A stretch of 64,000 bases of DNA, from NCBI GenBank assembly GCA_963738315.1, contig CAVTVT010000003.1:1466595-1530594 (forward strand). The letters run 5' to 3'. This document shows positions 28,716-38,600 of the stretch, one piece after another (positions within the stretch are counted from its first letter, which is position 1; each line of letters starts with the position of its first letter). The notes under the pieces were generated by a model. That model saw nothing but the letters and a program-made list of their open reading frames with translations. It searched no databases and was not told where the DNA came from. The translations under genes were made by a program, and so were the position numbers. The DNA comes from Vicinamibacterales bacterium (GTDB taxonomy: Bacteria > Acidobacteriota > Vicinamibacteria > Vicinamibacterales > JAMQPK01).

Positions 28716-30950
28716 ATGCGTCGATGGCACATCCGGACCGCGCTGGCGGCCGCACTGGTCGCCGGTATGGCTGCCGCTCTGGCGGCCTCGCGGCCGGTCT
28801 TCTGGCAGACGGCCACCGCCGCTGAGTTTCTGCGCGGCGACGTCGAGAACCTCTCGGTCGACAGCCACGGCAGGCTGATTCTCGGCCCGGCCACCCGGCT
28901 CGTCGCCGAAACCACGTCGCCGTTTCTCTGGGCGATCCTGCCTGCCCCCGACGGCGGCTTCTACGTCGGCACCGGCAACGAAGGCAGGGTGCTCAAGATC
29001 GATCGCTCGGGAAAGGCGGCGACCTTTTTCGACAGCGCCGAACTTGAGGTGCACGCCCTGGCGCTGGCCGGAGACGGCACCCTGTATGCCGCCACGTCTC
29101 CCGACGGCCGCATCTACAAGATCGACCGATCAGGCAAGAGCGAGCCGTTCTTCGACCCGGACGACAAGTACATCTGGAGTCTCTGCCTGGACCGATCCGG
29201 AAACCTGTACGCCGGCACCGGAGAGAAGGGCGTCATCTACAAGATCACGCCTGAGGGCAAGGGCGCCCCCTTCTATCGCACCAGGACGACGCACGTGGTC
29301 GCGCTGGCGCTCCAGGCCGACGGTCAGCTGCTCGCGGGCACGGAGTCGCCCGGGCGGCTGTTCCGGATCGACTCGGCGGGCAAGGCTTTCCTTCTGCTGG
29401 ATTCCTCGTACCAGGAAGTGCATGCCGTTCGGCTCGACGCACGGGGGAACATCTACGCGGCGGCGCTGAGCGGCCGCCCCTCGATCGGGCCGGGCCCCGC
29501 CGTCTCCCCGTCCTCCGACACGCCGACCTCGAACGCCGCACCCGGCCGTGAACCTGTGCCGACCGTGACCACCGAGGTGACGGCGATCGCCATCGTGGAT
29601 TCTGGAGCCGGCGCGGCCGGTTCGTCCGAGGGCGCGGCCCGTGAAGAGCGTCGCGGCGGACGCGGTGCGGTCTACAAGATCAAGCCCGATGGCCTCTGGG
29701 ACATCCTCTGGGAGTCGGCTGACGATGCCCCCTACGACCTGGCATTCGACGCTCAGAACAACCTGGTGGTCGGCACGGGACGCGGCGGCAAGCTCTATAC
29801 GCTCAGCGGCGAGCCTGCGGCCGCCACGCTGCTCGCCGAGGCATCCGCCCAGCAGGTCACCGGCTTCGCGCGCGACGACAGCGGCCTCTACTATGCGACC
29901 TCGAACCCCGGGAAGATTTTTCAGCTCGCCGGCACGCGTGCGACCGAGGGCACCTATACGTCGATGGTGCGGGACGCACAGCAGGTGTCGAACTGGGGAA
30001 CGCTGAGCTGGCGCGCGACCACACCGTCGGGGACCAAGGTCGAGCTCTTCACACGTTCGGGAAACACCCAGACGCCCGACGACACCTGGAGCAATTGGGC
30101 GGGTCCCTACGACCATGCCGACGGTGACGAGATCACGAGTCCCAACGCCCGGTATCTGCAGTGGAAGGCGGTGCTCACGGGCCAGCAGAGCACGCCGGTG
30201 CTGACCTCGGTCACGGCCGCGTACCTGCAGCGCAACCTCCGGCCGAAGGTCACGAGCCTGACCGTGCACCCGTCGGGCCTGGTCTTTCAGAAGCCGTATC
30301 CCACCGGGGAGCCCGACATCGCCGGATACGACGAAACGCCTCCCGATCGCCGCGCGCTCGCGGCGGCGCCCGGTGGAGCATCGGGCGGCAACACGCTCGG
30401 CCGCCGCGTCTACCAGCGCGGGCTCCAGACCTTCGTCTGGCGGGCCGACGATGACAACGACGATAATCTGCGCTACACGATCTTCTACCGCCGCGAGGGG
30501 GACACGGCCTGGAAGACGTTGAAGAGCGATCTCACCGATACGATTTTCGTGTGGGACACGACATCGGTCCCCGACGGCACGTACTTCGTCAAGCTCGTCG
30601 CGTCCGACGCGCCCTCGAACACTCCCGACACCGCGCTCGAGGGCGAGCTCGAGAGCGCGGCGTTCGACATCGACAACACGCCCCCCGCCATCACCGTGGG
30701 CGCGCCGAGAACCGTTCAGGGGCGCACGGTCGTGACGTTCCAGGTTCGCGACGACTGGTCGGCGATTCAGAAGGTGGAGTACTCGCTGGACGCCCAGCGC
30801 TGGCAGGCGATCTATCCGAAAGACGGGCTGTTCGACTCGCGCACCGAGCAGTTCGAGCTCATGCTCGACAGCGCAGCCGCCAGCCGCGGTCTCATCCTCC
30901 GCGCCTACGACGCGAAGAACAACACGACGACGACGTCCATCGGACGATAG
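28716..30950 (+). CDS. secreted beta-propeller repeat protein, hypothetical
   Basis: ORF 28707..30950(+) has a signal/TM sequence RTALAAALVAGMAAALAA. It carries repeated ~40-aa units such as GRVLKIDRSGKAATFFD, GRIYKIDRSGKSEPFFD, GVIYKITPEGKGAPFYR and GRLFRIDSAGKAFLLLD, and a beta-sandwich-like C-terminus. Confidence 0.6.
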   Translation: MRRWHIRTALAAALVAGMAAALAASRPVFWQTATAAEFLRGDVENLSVDSHGRLILGPATRLVAETTSPFLWAILPAPDGGFYVGTGNEGRVLKIDRSGKAATFFDSAELEVHALALAGDGTLYAATSPDGRIYKIDRSGKSEPFFDPDDKYIWSLCLDRSGNLYAGTGEKGVIYKITPEGKGAPFYRTRTTHVVALALQADGQLLAGTESPGRLFRIDSAGKAFLLLDSSYQEVHAVRLDARGNIYAAALSGRPSIGPGPAVSPSSDTPTSNAAPGREPVPTVTTEVTAIAIVDSGAGAAGSSEGAAREERRGGRGAVYKIKPDGLWDILWESADDAPYDLAFDAQNNLVVGTGRGGKLYTLSGEPAAATLLAEASAQQVTGFARDDSGLYYATSNPGKIFQLAGTRATEGTYTSMVRDAQQVSNWGTLSWRATTPSGTKVELFTRSGNTQTPDDTWSNWAGPYDHADGDEITSPNARYLQWKAVLTGQQSTPVLTSVTAAYLQRNLRPKVTSLTVHPSGLVFQKPYPTGEPDIAGYDETPPDRRALAAAPGGASGGNTLGRRVYQRGLQTFVWRADDDNDDNLRYTIFYRREGDTAWKTLKSDLTDTIFVWDTTSVPDGTYFVKLVASDAPSNTPDTALEGELESAAFDIDNTPPAITVGAPRTVQGRTVVTFQVRDDWSAIQKVEYSLDAQRWQAIYPKDGLFDSRTEQFELMLDSAAASRGLILRAYDAKNNTTTTSIGR

Positions 30951-30957
30951 CGTCCCG

Positions 30958-31791
30958 TCAGACCTTCGCCGCCGCGACCACCGGCCGGAGCGACGCCGGA
31001 TCGATGCGGAAGCGGCTCCTTACCTCGACGCGCGCGTGCAGCGTCGGACGCACGGTCCGATGCGTGACGACCCAGACGACGTTGATCGCCACCGGCGTGC
31101 CGTCCTTGCTCGCCGGCTGGAAGCTCGCGGTCGTCGCCGCCGCGAGCAGATCCGACTCGAGCTGCCGGCCGGCCGCGCTCGGATGTCCGGCGCTGTTCTC
31201 TCCCAGGAACTCCACCTCGGACAGCGTGCCCTCGGAGGTAACGAGGGCCGCGAAGGCCGAGAGCGTCTCATCGGCGTCGCTCTGGTTGATGACGGTCGTT
31301 GGCATGATGGACTCCGCGTTGGCGCGCGGCAGCCGCAGCGGCGCCTCATCGCGCGATGGCCAGAGCCGCCCTTCCTGCTGCAGCAGCGCGGCGAGCGAAT
31401 CCGGATGCCCCTTGGTGCCCAGACTCAACTGGCACAGCCCGGCCGCCACCAGGAGCACCGCCGCCAGCGCGGCGCCGACCGTCGCAAACGCGCGGCGGCG
31501 ATCTTCGAGCAGCTCGGTGATCCACGTGGTGAAGGCCACGCGCTCTTCAGCCGCCGCGCGCACGAGGACATCCGAATGATGGCGGGCGAGCCCGGGCCCC
31601 CACATGCTCTGACAGCGGCGGCCCTCCACGGCGAGGGCGTCGCGAATCGCGATCAGATCGTCGGCTTCCACGGCGCAGCTCGGGCAGTTGTCGAGATGAT
31701 CCTGAATGGCGATCTGCTCGCCAATCGACAACTCTTCATCATGGTATGCAGATAAATCGCGGCGAACGTCCGCACAGCGCATCGTCAGCAT
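30958..31791 (-). CDS. anti-sigma factor (zf-HC2) with TonB-C-like C-terminal domain
   Basis: ORF 30958..31791(-) has the HLDNCPSCAVE zinc-finger motif, one TM segment (FATVGAALAAVLLVAAGL) and a periplasmic C-terminus ending ..FQPASKDGTPVAINVVWVV. It overlaps the sigma gene stop. Confidence 0.75.
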   Translation of the reverse strand: MLTMRCADVRRDLSAYHDEELSIGEQIAIQDHLDNCPSCAVEADDLIAIRDALAVEGRRCQSMWGPGLARHHSDVLVRAAAEERVAFTTWITELLEDRRRAFATVGAALAAVLLVAAGLCQLSLGTKGHPDSLAALLQQEGRLWPSRDEAPLRLPRANAESIMPTTVINQSDADETLSAFAALVTSEGTLSEVEFLGENSAGHPSAAGRQLESDLLAAATTASFQPASKDGTPVAINVVWVVTHRTVRPTLHARVEVRSRFRIDPASLRPVVAAAKV

Positions 31792-32399
31792 CGCAGGTCT
31801 CCCAGCTCCTGACGCAGAGCCTGGCGGGCTCTCGTCAGTCGCGATTTGACCGTGCCGACCGGCAGGCCGAGCGTGAACGCGATCTCCTCGTAGCGTAAGC
31901 CCTCGACCTCGCGCAGCACCAGGGCCGTCCGCTGGTCGAAGGGCAGGTGCTGCAGCGCCGACTTGAGCCTGAGGCCGAGCTCCTTGCGCGCGAACTCACG
32001 ATCGGGCGTGCTGGCGTCGACGCCGAGCACCAGCTCGCCGTGCTCGCGGATGTGGTCGTCGAGAGAGACCTGGTTGGATCGTGCGCGCCGCCGCCACCAG
32101 CGCTGCCGGTTCCGCACCTGATTCACCACGATGCGGAAGATCCAGGTGCGGAGCGACGACTGACCGCGGAAACGGTGCAAGGTGCGAAACACGCGCAGGA
32201 ACACCTCTTGAGAAAGATCGAGCGCCTCCTCGCGATCGCCGAGGAGATGGGTCGCGAGGCCGAGCACGAGACGGTGGTGCTCCAGCACCAGCGCGGCGTT
32301 GGCGGCCTCATCGCCTGACAGACAGCGCTCGATGAGCGCCGCTTCGGTCGGAGCGACGTCCGACCATCCGATCGCCTCAGCAGCCGGCTTGAGCGTCAT
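31785..32399 (-). CDS. ECF-type RNA polymerase sigma factor
   Basis: ORF 31785..32399(-) has region 2 DLSQEVFLRVFRTLHRFRGQSSLRTWIFRIVVN and region 4 YEEIAFTLGLPVGTVKSRLTRAR. Confidence 0.88.
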   Translation of the reverse strand: MTLKPAAEAIGWSDVAPTEAALIERCLSGDEAANAALVLEHHRLVLGLATHLLGDREEALDLSQEVFLRVFRTLHRFRGQSSLRTWIFRIVVNQVRNRQRWWRRRARSNQVSLDDHIREHGELVLGVDASTPDREFARKELGLRLKSALQHLPFDQRTALVLREVEGLRYEEIAFTLGLPVGTVKSRLTRARQALRQELGDLRC

Positions 32400-32443
32400 C
32401 CTGTTCTCCGAATATAGCAGGATAGACCAAGCTTCTGGGGAAA

Positions 32444-32471
32444 TTGGACCCCGCCCGGAGGCGAAGGTTCC
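32444..32471 (-). promoter_or_regulatory. ECF-type promoter candidate (GGAACCTTC-N-GTCCAA)
   Basis: The minus strand reads GGAACCTTCGCCTCCGGGCGGGGTCCAAT about 45 nt upstream of ATG 32399, with GGAGAA as the RBS. The motif matches the one at 5577-5605. Confidence 0.5.
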
Positions 32472-32486
32472 CCGGGGGCTGTTACC

Positions 32487-33947
32487 ATGTCAGGCGACCT
32501 GGAGGACCGCCTCAGAATGACGCGATTTGTCACGGTGCTCGTCGTCGCGCTGACGCTCGCCGCCGCGGGCCTGGCCGCCGGCAGGGCGATTTCACGGGAC
32601 CGCGCCTATCAGCGTCTGCTTCGCGATGGCGCCGCGGCCCTGGCCCGGTCCGATACCGCCTCCGCCGTCCGCATTTTCGACGAGGCGATCGCCCTCGAGC
32701 CGCAGTCCATGCCGGCCTATCTGGAGCGTGGCGAGGCGCGCCGGCGCCTCGGCCACTCGCCGGAGGCAACGCGCGCCGCACTGCGGGACTTCCGGACGGC
32801 GGCCACTCTCCAGCCCGCCGCCGCGGGCCCACACGAGGCGCTGGGCGAGGTGGACTACCAGCTGCGCCGGTACGCGGCGGCCATGGCCGAATACCAGGAG
32901 GCGCTGCGGCTCGACAACGGTTCGCCGGGAATCTTCTACAAGCTCGCGCTCGCCGCGCGCGCCGACGGACGGCCCGCAAGCGCGATCGCGGCGCTCGAGC
33001 GCGCCGTGCAGCTCAACCCGCGCGCTGCCGACGTGCACTATCTGTTGGGACTCTCTCTCGAGGATCTGGGACGCGAGGCCGAGGCGCAGGCGGCCTTCGA
33101 GCAGGCCATCGCCCTCGCCCCAGCCTCGATTCAGGCGCGCGAGGAACTGAGCGAGGTGCACAGGCTGCAAAGCCACACGCGGGAAGAGATCGAGCAGCTC
33201 GAGGCCCTGGCGGCCCTGGACCCGGGGCGCGTGGAGCGTCTCACGGCCGTGGCCCTCGCCTATTCGCGCGCCGGGAATCCCGACCTGGCGGCGACGGCAT
33301 TGAACCGGGCGCTGGAGCGCTTCCACGACAATCCGCGGGTCTATGCCGCGCTCGGCCAGGTCTGGCTGGAAGCGGCCGAGACCACAGGGGACACCGCGGC
33401 TCTTCGAAAGGCGCTCCAGGCGCTCGAGCCCGTCGCCAGCGCGCCCGAGGCGACGAGCGACGTGCTGAACCTCTATGGGCAGGCGCTCGTGCTCGCGAAG
33501 CGCGACGGGGCGGCCGTGCAGGCGTTCCGGCGTGCGGCGCGCACCTTCCCCGTCGATACATCGGCCGTGCCGCGCCTTGCTGCGGCGTCGGAGCGGCTGG
33601 GCGACCTCGAGGGAGCCAGGCGCGCGCTCGTCAGGTACCTCACGCTCGTCGACGACCATGAGCCGGCATATGCCGCGCATCTGGGCGACCTCTCCCTCGA
33701 GCTCGACGACCCCGAGGTCGCCATCGCCTGGTACATGCGGGCCGATTCCGCCGCGCATCCCGATGCCGTCCTGCTCGCGCACCTGGCCCAGGCGCAGCGG
33801 CGCGCGGGGCACGCCGACGCGGCGCGCGCCACCATCGCCCGCGCACTCCGGACCGATCCGCACGATCCGTCAGTCCGCGCCGTAGCGCTTCGGATCGAAG
33901 GCGTCGCGCAGCCCGTCGCCGAGAAAGTTGAACCCCAGCACCAGTAG
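32487..33947 (+). CDS. membrane-anchored TPR repeat protein
   Basis: ORF 32487..33947(+) has an N-terminal TM segment (FVTVLVVALTLAAAGLAA) followed by repeated TPR-like A/L/Y-rich helices (AYLERGEARRRLG, ALGEVDYQLRRYAAAMAEYQEAL, YLLGLSLEDLGREAEAQAAFEQAI). The start could also be at 32517. The 3' end overlaps the convergent permease gene. Confidence 0.7.
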   Translation: MSGDLEDRLRMTRFVTVLVVALTLAAAGLAAGRAISRDRAYQRLLRDGAAALARSDTASAVRIFDEAIALEPQSMPAYLERGEARRRLGHSPEATRAALRDFRTAATLQPAAAGPHEALGEVDYQLRRYAAAMAEYQEALRLDNGSPGIFYKLALAARADGRPASAIAALERAVQLNPRAADVHYLLGLSLEDLGREAEAQAAFEQAIALAPASIQAREELSEVHRLQSHTREEIEQLEALAALDPGRVERLTAVALAYSRAGNPDLAATALNRALERFHDNPRVYAALGQVWLEAAETTGDTAALRKALQALEPVASAPEATSDVLNLYGQALVLAKRDGAAVQAFRRAARTFPVDTSAVPRLAAASERLGDLEGARRALVRYLTLVDDHEPAYAAHLGDLSLELDDPEVAIAWYMRADSAAHPDAVLLAHLAQAQRRAGHADAARATIARALRTDPHDPSVRAVALRIEGVAQPVAEKVEPQHQ

Positions 33948-34670
33948 GGCAATCGCCGCGCCGGGAAAGATCGTGAGATGCGGCGCGTCGAGCAGGTGCA
34001 GCCGGCCGCCGCTGAGCATCGTGCCCCAGCTGGGCGCCGGCGGCTGGACGCCGAGCCCGAGAAAACTCAGCGCCGCTTCCGCGAGAATGGCGCCCGCCAT
34101 CCCGAGGGTCGCCTGCACCATGACCGCAGGCAGCGTCGTTGGAATCACGTGGCGGAGCAGGATGCGGGTGGCGCCCGCGCCGAGCGCACGTGCGGCCTGC
34201 ACGAACTCCAGCTCGCGCGCGCGCAGCACCTGGCCGCGCACCAGCCGCGCATAACCGACCCATCCGATCACCGACAACGCAAAGATCACGTTCGCCAGGC
34301 TTGGCCCGAGCACCGCGACGAGCGCGATCGCGAGGAGCATCCCCGGGAAGGCGAGCAGCACGTCCACTCCCCGGCTGATCACTTCGTCGATCCAGCCGCC
34401 GAAGTAGCCGGCCACCGAACCCAGCAGCACGCCCACGAGGGTCGAGATTCCCACGACCGTGACGCCGACCAGCAGCGAGATTCGCGCCCCCGCGAGCACG
34501 CGGGAGAGGATGTCGCGTCCGAGCTCGTCCAGGCCGAAGGGATGATGCAGGCTCGGCGCCTCGAGCCGCATCGACAGCAGCTGGCTGGCTGGATCGTACG
34601 GCGCGATCCAGGGCGCCAGGATCGCCGCAACGACGGCGATCAGCACGATCGCGGCACCGGCCTTGATCAC
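33870..34670 (-). CDS. ABC transporter permease, peptide/nickel (DppC/OppC) family
   Basis: Within ORF 33870..35114(-). The in-frame GTG at 34670 forms a GTGA overlap with the upstream stop. Contains APWIAPYDP and the EAA loop VQAARALGAGATRILLRHVIP. Confidence 0.85.
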   Translation of the reverse strand: MIKAGAAIVLIAVVAAILAPWIAPYDPASQLLSMRLEAPSLHHPFGLDELGRDILSRVLAGARISLLVGVTVVGISTLVGVLLGSVAGYFGGWIDEVISRGVDVLLAFPGMLLAIALVAVLGPSLANVIFALSVIGWVGYARLVRGQVLRARELEFVQAARALGAGATRILLRHVIPTTLPAVMVQATLGMAGAILAEAALSFLGLGVQPPAPSWGTMLSGGRLHLLDAPHLTIFPGAAIALLVLGFNFLGDGLRDAFDPKRYGAD

Positions 34671-35593
34671 GATCGACCGACCCGTATCCGGGGATCGAGG
34701 AGCCCGTAAGTGAGATCGGTAACGAGGTTCACACCGACGTAGGTGACCGCGATCAGCAGAATGCAGCCCTGAACGGTGGGATAGTCCCGGAAGTTGATCG
34801 ACTGAATCAGCAAACGCCCGATGCCCGGCCACGCGAAGATCGTCTCGGTGATGACCGCCCCGGTGAGCACGACCCCGAACTGCAGCCCGAGAATGGTCAC
34901 GATCGGAATCAGGCTGTTGCGGAACGCGTGGTGGAGCACCGCGCGCGTGTGCGAGACCCCCTTGGCCCTGGCGGCCAGCACATACGGCTCGCGCAGCTCC
35001 TCGAGCAGGCTCGCGCGGGTCATTCGGGCCAGGATCGCCGCCAGCGCGGCCCCGAGCGTCACCGACGGGAGCACGAGGTGGGCGAGCGTTCCCCGTCCGC
35101 CCACTGGCAGCCACCCGAGCTGCACCGCAAACACGATGGCGAGGAGCGGCCCCAGCCAGAAGTTCGGGATGGAGATGCCGACCAGCGACAGCGTCATGGC
35201 GCCGGCGTCGACCGCCGTCCCCTTCCGCACGGCCGCAACAATGCCGAGCGGAAACGCCACCGCCATCGCAATCCCCATCGACGCGACGGCGAGCTCCGCC
35301 GTGGCCGGCAGCCGTTCGAGAATCTGCGCGGTGACCGGCTGCCCGTTCCGCAGCGACTCCCCGAGGTCGCCGTGCACCACGCCCTCGAGGAACGCACCGT
35401 ACTGGACGATCAGCGGGCGGTTGAGTCCAAGGCGCTCCCGAAGCTGCTCGACATCCTGCGGGGAGGCGGCTTCGCCCAGCATCGCCTGCGCCGGATCGCC
35501 CGGGATGAAATGGATGAGCCCGAACACGAGAGTGGCCACGCCCAGGAGGACGGGGACGGTGAGAAGCAGCCGCCGAACCAGGTATCGCAGCAT
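34667..35593 (-). CDS. ABC transporter permease, peptide/nickel (DppB/OppB) family
   Basis: ORF 34667..35593(-) reads MLRYLVRRLLLTVPVLLGVATLVFGLIHFIPGDP and has the EAA loop AARAKGVSHTRAVLHHAFRN. Confidence 0.88.
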   Translation of the reverse strand: MLRYLVRRLLLTVPVLLGVATLVFGLIHFIPGDPAQAMLGEAASPQDVEQLRERLGLNRPLIVQYGAFLEGVVHGDLGESLRNGQPVTAQILERLPATAELAVASMGIAMAVAFPLGIVAAVRKGTAVDAGAMTLSLVGISIPNFWLGPLLAIVFAVQLGWLPVGGRGTLAHLVLPSVTLGAALAAILARMTRASLLEELREPYVLAARAKGVSHTRAVLHHAFRNSLIPIVTILGLQFGVVLTGAVITETIFAWPGIGRLLIQSINFRDYPTVQGCILLIAVTYVGVNLVTDLTYGLLDPRIRVGRS

Positions 35594-35617
35594 CTCAGCT
35601 CCGGACGTCGGAAGTCC

Positions 35618-38600
35618 TCATGTGAGGCGGAGCCGCCGCATGAGCTTCGTCAGGCCCTGACGGCTCAGCCCCAGCGCCATCGCGGCGCGCCCGCGGTGCC
35701 CCGAGGTGCGGGCCAGCGCGGCGCGCACGAACCGCTCCTCGAAGCGGCGCCTCGCCGCATCGAGAGTCTCGCCGGCCTCCGGCTGCGCCGCCTTCGCGAT
35801 GGCCGCCGGCAAGGACGCCGCAGAGACGACGCCGCGGGGACCGGCGGAGACGGCGAGCGCCGCGAGCACGTTCTGCAGCTCCCGCACGTTGCCCGGCCAA
35901 TCATAGCGCGCCAGCGTGGCGATCGCGGCGCGTCCGAGCACGGCGCGCGTGCCGATCCGGTCCGCAGCGGCGCGCCAGAAACGTACGGCCAGCAGCGGAA
36001 GGTCTTCCACCCGCTCACGCAGCGGCGGCACGGCGATGTGGATGACGTCGAGCCGGTACAGCAGATCCTGCCGGAACCTCCCCGCCTCGACCTCGAGCCG
36101 GAGCGGCCGGTTGGTGGCCACGACCAGGCGCGCGTCCACCGGCCGGACGAAGCTCTCGCCGATGCGGCGAATCTCGTTCTCCTGAATCGCGCGCAGCAGC
36201 TTGGCCTGCGCCCTGGGCGTCAGCTCCCCCACCTCGTCGAGGAACAGCGTCCCCTTGTCCGCGCTCTCGAACAGGCCGAGCCTGTCGGCCAGCGCTCCGG
36301 TGAATGCGCCCTTGACGTGCCCGAAGAGCTCCGCGTCCACCAGCTCATCCGGGAGTGCAGCACAGTTCATCGCACAGAATGGCCGATCGCGCCGGCAGCC
36401 GCCGCGGTGGATGGCGCGCGCAACCAGCTCTTTCCCGGATCCACTCTCGCCCTCGATCAGCACCGCGAATGGGGCGCTCGCGGCGCGCGCAATCTGGCGC
36501 CGCAGCTGCTCGATGGCGGTGCTCGTTCCCACGATCTCGATCGGCCCTCCGGCGGCGCGCGTCTGGTCGCCCGCCGCGCGCCGCTCGGCCAGCACCTGCA
36601 CGAGGGGCGCGCACAGGGCGGCGGCGATCCGGCACAACCCGAGCCCGTCTGAGACGAGCGCCGAGCGCTCGGCCGTCCACCGGCAGACGAGCGCGCCAAC
36701 CGCGTCGCCCAGGTGGATGACCGGCACCGCGGCTTCGACACCGGCCCCTGCGCTCTCCGCGGGGCCTGCGACGACCGGCTGCCAGGATTCGACGCAGCGT
36801 CGCGCGAGATGACAGGACACGCTTCCCGAGGCCGCCAGCAGCGGGAGTCCTTCGTCGGCGGCGAACAGCCCCGCGGCCGTCCCTCCGCCGTACTTCCGAA
36901 CCGCCAGCAGGAGCTTGACCAACGCATCGCGCTCGTCGGCTGCTTCGTGGCACGCCCCGACCATCTCCGCGATCGCGTTCGCGCCCCCCGTTTCCACCCG
37001 AAATTCGGCAGCGGGCTCCCGTGCCGCGGGCCGTGTGCGTCCGGCGGCCGGCTCTGCGAGGCGCCGCGCCAGCCGTTCGGCGCGGCGCTGCAGGAGCGCC
37101 GGCATCTGCGGGCGCCGCAGCGCCTCGAGCCATCTGCGGAGCGGCTGTGGACGCTCGCCCGCGTCGAGCAGCCCCTCGAGCATGCTCAAGCGGATTCGGA
37201 CTGCCTGGAGCGGAAGATGCGCGGCGCGCGCGGCGCGTATGCCGCTGCGCGCGTGCAGCAGCAGCGCGTCGACGTCGCCGAGGCGTCCTTGAAGGGCGAC
37301 GAGCGCACTGCGGACGAGCGCTTCGATCGCCGGCTCTCCACACGACGAAAGCGCGTCACTGGCCTTCGACGAGGCGGCCGCCGCCTGATCGAGGCGTCCG
37401 GCCCGGAGGCAGAGCTTCGTCACGCGCACCCAGTAATGCGGACAGGCACCTCCCTCGATTTCTTTGAGAACGCCGAGGCCGCTCGCCTCGCGCTCCTGCC
37501 AGTACAGGTTCCTCGCGAGCGCCGTCGCCGCCTCGCGGGTGCGACGATCGTCGCCGGCCGCCCGCGCCGCCGTGTACGCCGCCCGGAGCGTGGTATCCGC
37601 CCGATCGAGCATCAACACATCCGTGAGCGCAAGGCCGGTCAGCGTGCAGGCCGTCAGCGCCGGCCCGGCCGCGCCCGCCCGCTCGCAGCGGCGACGCGCG
37701 CGCTCGAAACAGGCGAGCGCCTCGGCGGACCGCCCGCGCGCGAGCAGCAGCCGGCCCAGGGCGACGTCGGCGTCACTCGCGCGCAGCCCTTCGCCCCGCC
37801 GATCGAAGCCGGCGGACGCCGCGCGCATCTCGCGCTCGGCAGCGGCGTGCCGACCCCGCTCGGCCAGACGCATGCCCTCCGCGAAGGACGACCCGGCGCG
37901 GCTGTCGGGGGCCGAGATCGCGGCGCGAGGCGTTCGTCCCGGTACGGTCACCGGCCCGTATTCGCCCCGCGGCTCCGCGGCATGGGATACCCACTCCCGC
38001 CGCGGCATCAGGCCCGCCACACCTTCGAGCGCCACGACGGCCGAGATGCTCCGCGGCCAGGCGGACGCGGCCCGGGACAAGGCGAGGCCGATCTTCCGGC
38101 TGCCCGCCCGGGCCGCATCGATGATCACGAGCGACCGGCCGGACAACGCCGAGCCCCACTGCCGGCAGTCGTCCGCTGCCCCTTCGCCCTCTGCTCCATC
38201 TTGGCGAAACGGCTCCTTCGTAAGCACCTCCGCGCCAATCGGCATGAAACCGCGGATCCGGACCTCGCGCGCAATCCGTTCCGTCCATTCACGAGCAGGC
38301 CGCCCCGCGACGCGCATCGGCCAGAGACGGCACCAGACTTCGTCTTCGCTCTCCAGCCATTCGAGCAGTTGCTGCGGCACGGGAAGCCGCTGCTCCGCAA
38401 TCCGCCAGCACGGTCGGGACGGATGCGCTCCGAGCGCGCGGAACGCCTCGAAGCGTTGTCCGCGGCCGATCAGACCGAAGTCGATCAGACCGGTTCTGCC
38501 ACCGAGCGCCGCTGCGCAACGCGCGCTCCACGACTGCTGCGCCATGCGCACGCCCGCCGCACCGATCCGCAGCACGACCGGCGCGCCGGTCGCGAGATCG

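Noticed and set aside
26709-29054. Many other long shadow ORFs in the track, for example 26709..29054(-), 494..1939(+), 4943..6625(+), 19377..20678(+), 25134..26681(+), 61352..62860(-) and 36713..38740(+)
   Set aside because: Each is antisense to, or out of frame with, a gene carrying clear family motifs. Their translations are low-complexity R/A/G/P-rich strings. They are stop-codon-poor artefacts of high GC content.
35594-35617. Sigma-54 promoter (TGGCAC-N5-TTGC) between the activator and the permease genes and in other intergenic gaps (38666-38752, 26583-26861, 51432-51739, 61181-61399)
   Set aside because: No GG-N10-GC element with acceptable flanks was found by eye in any of these regions. 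A computational scan is still advisable.
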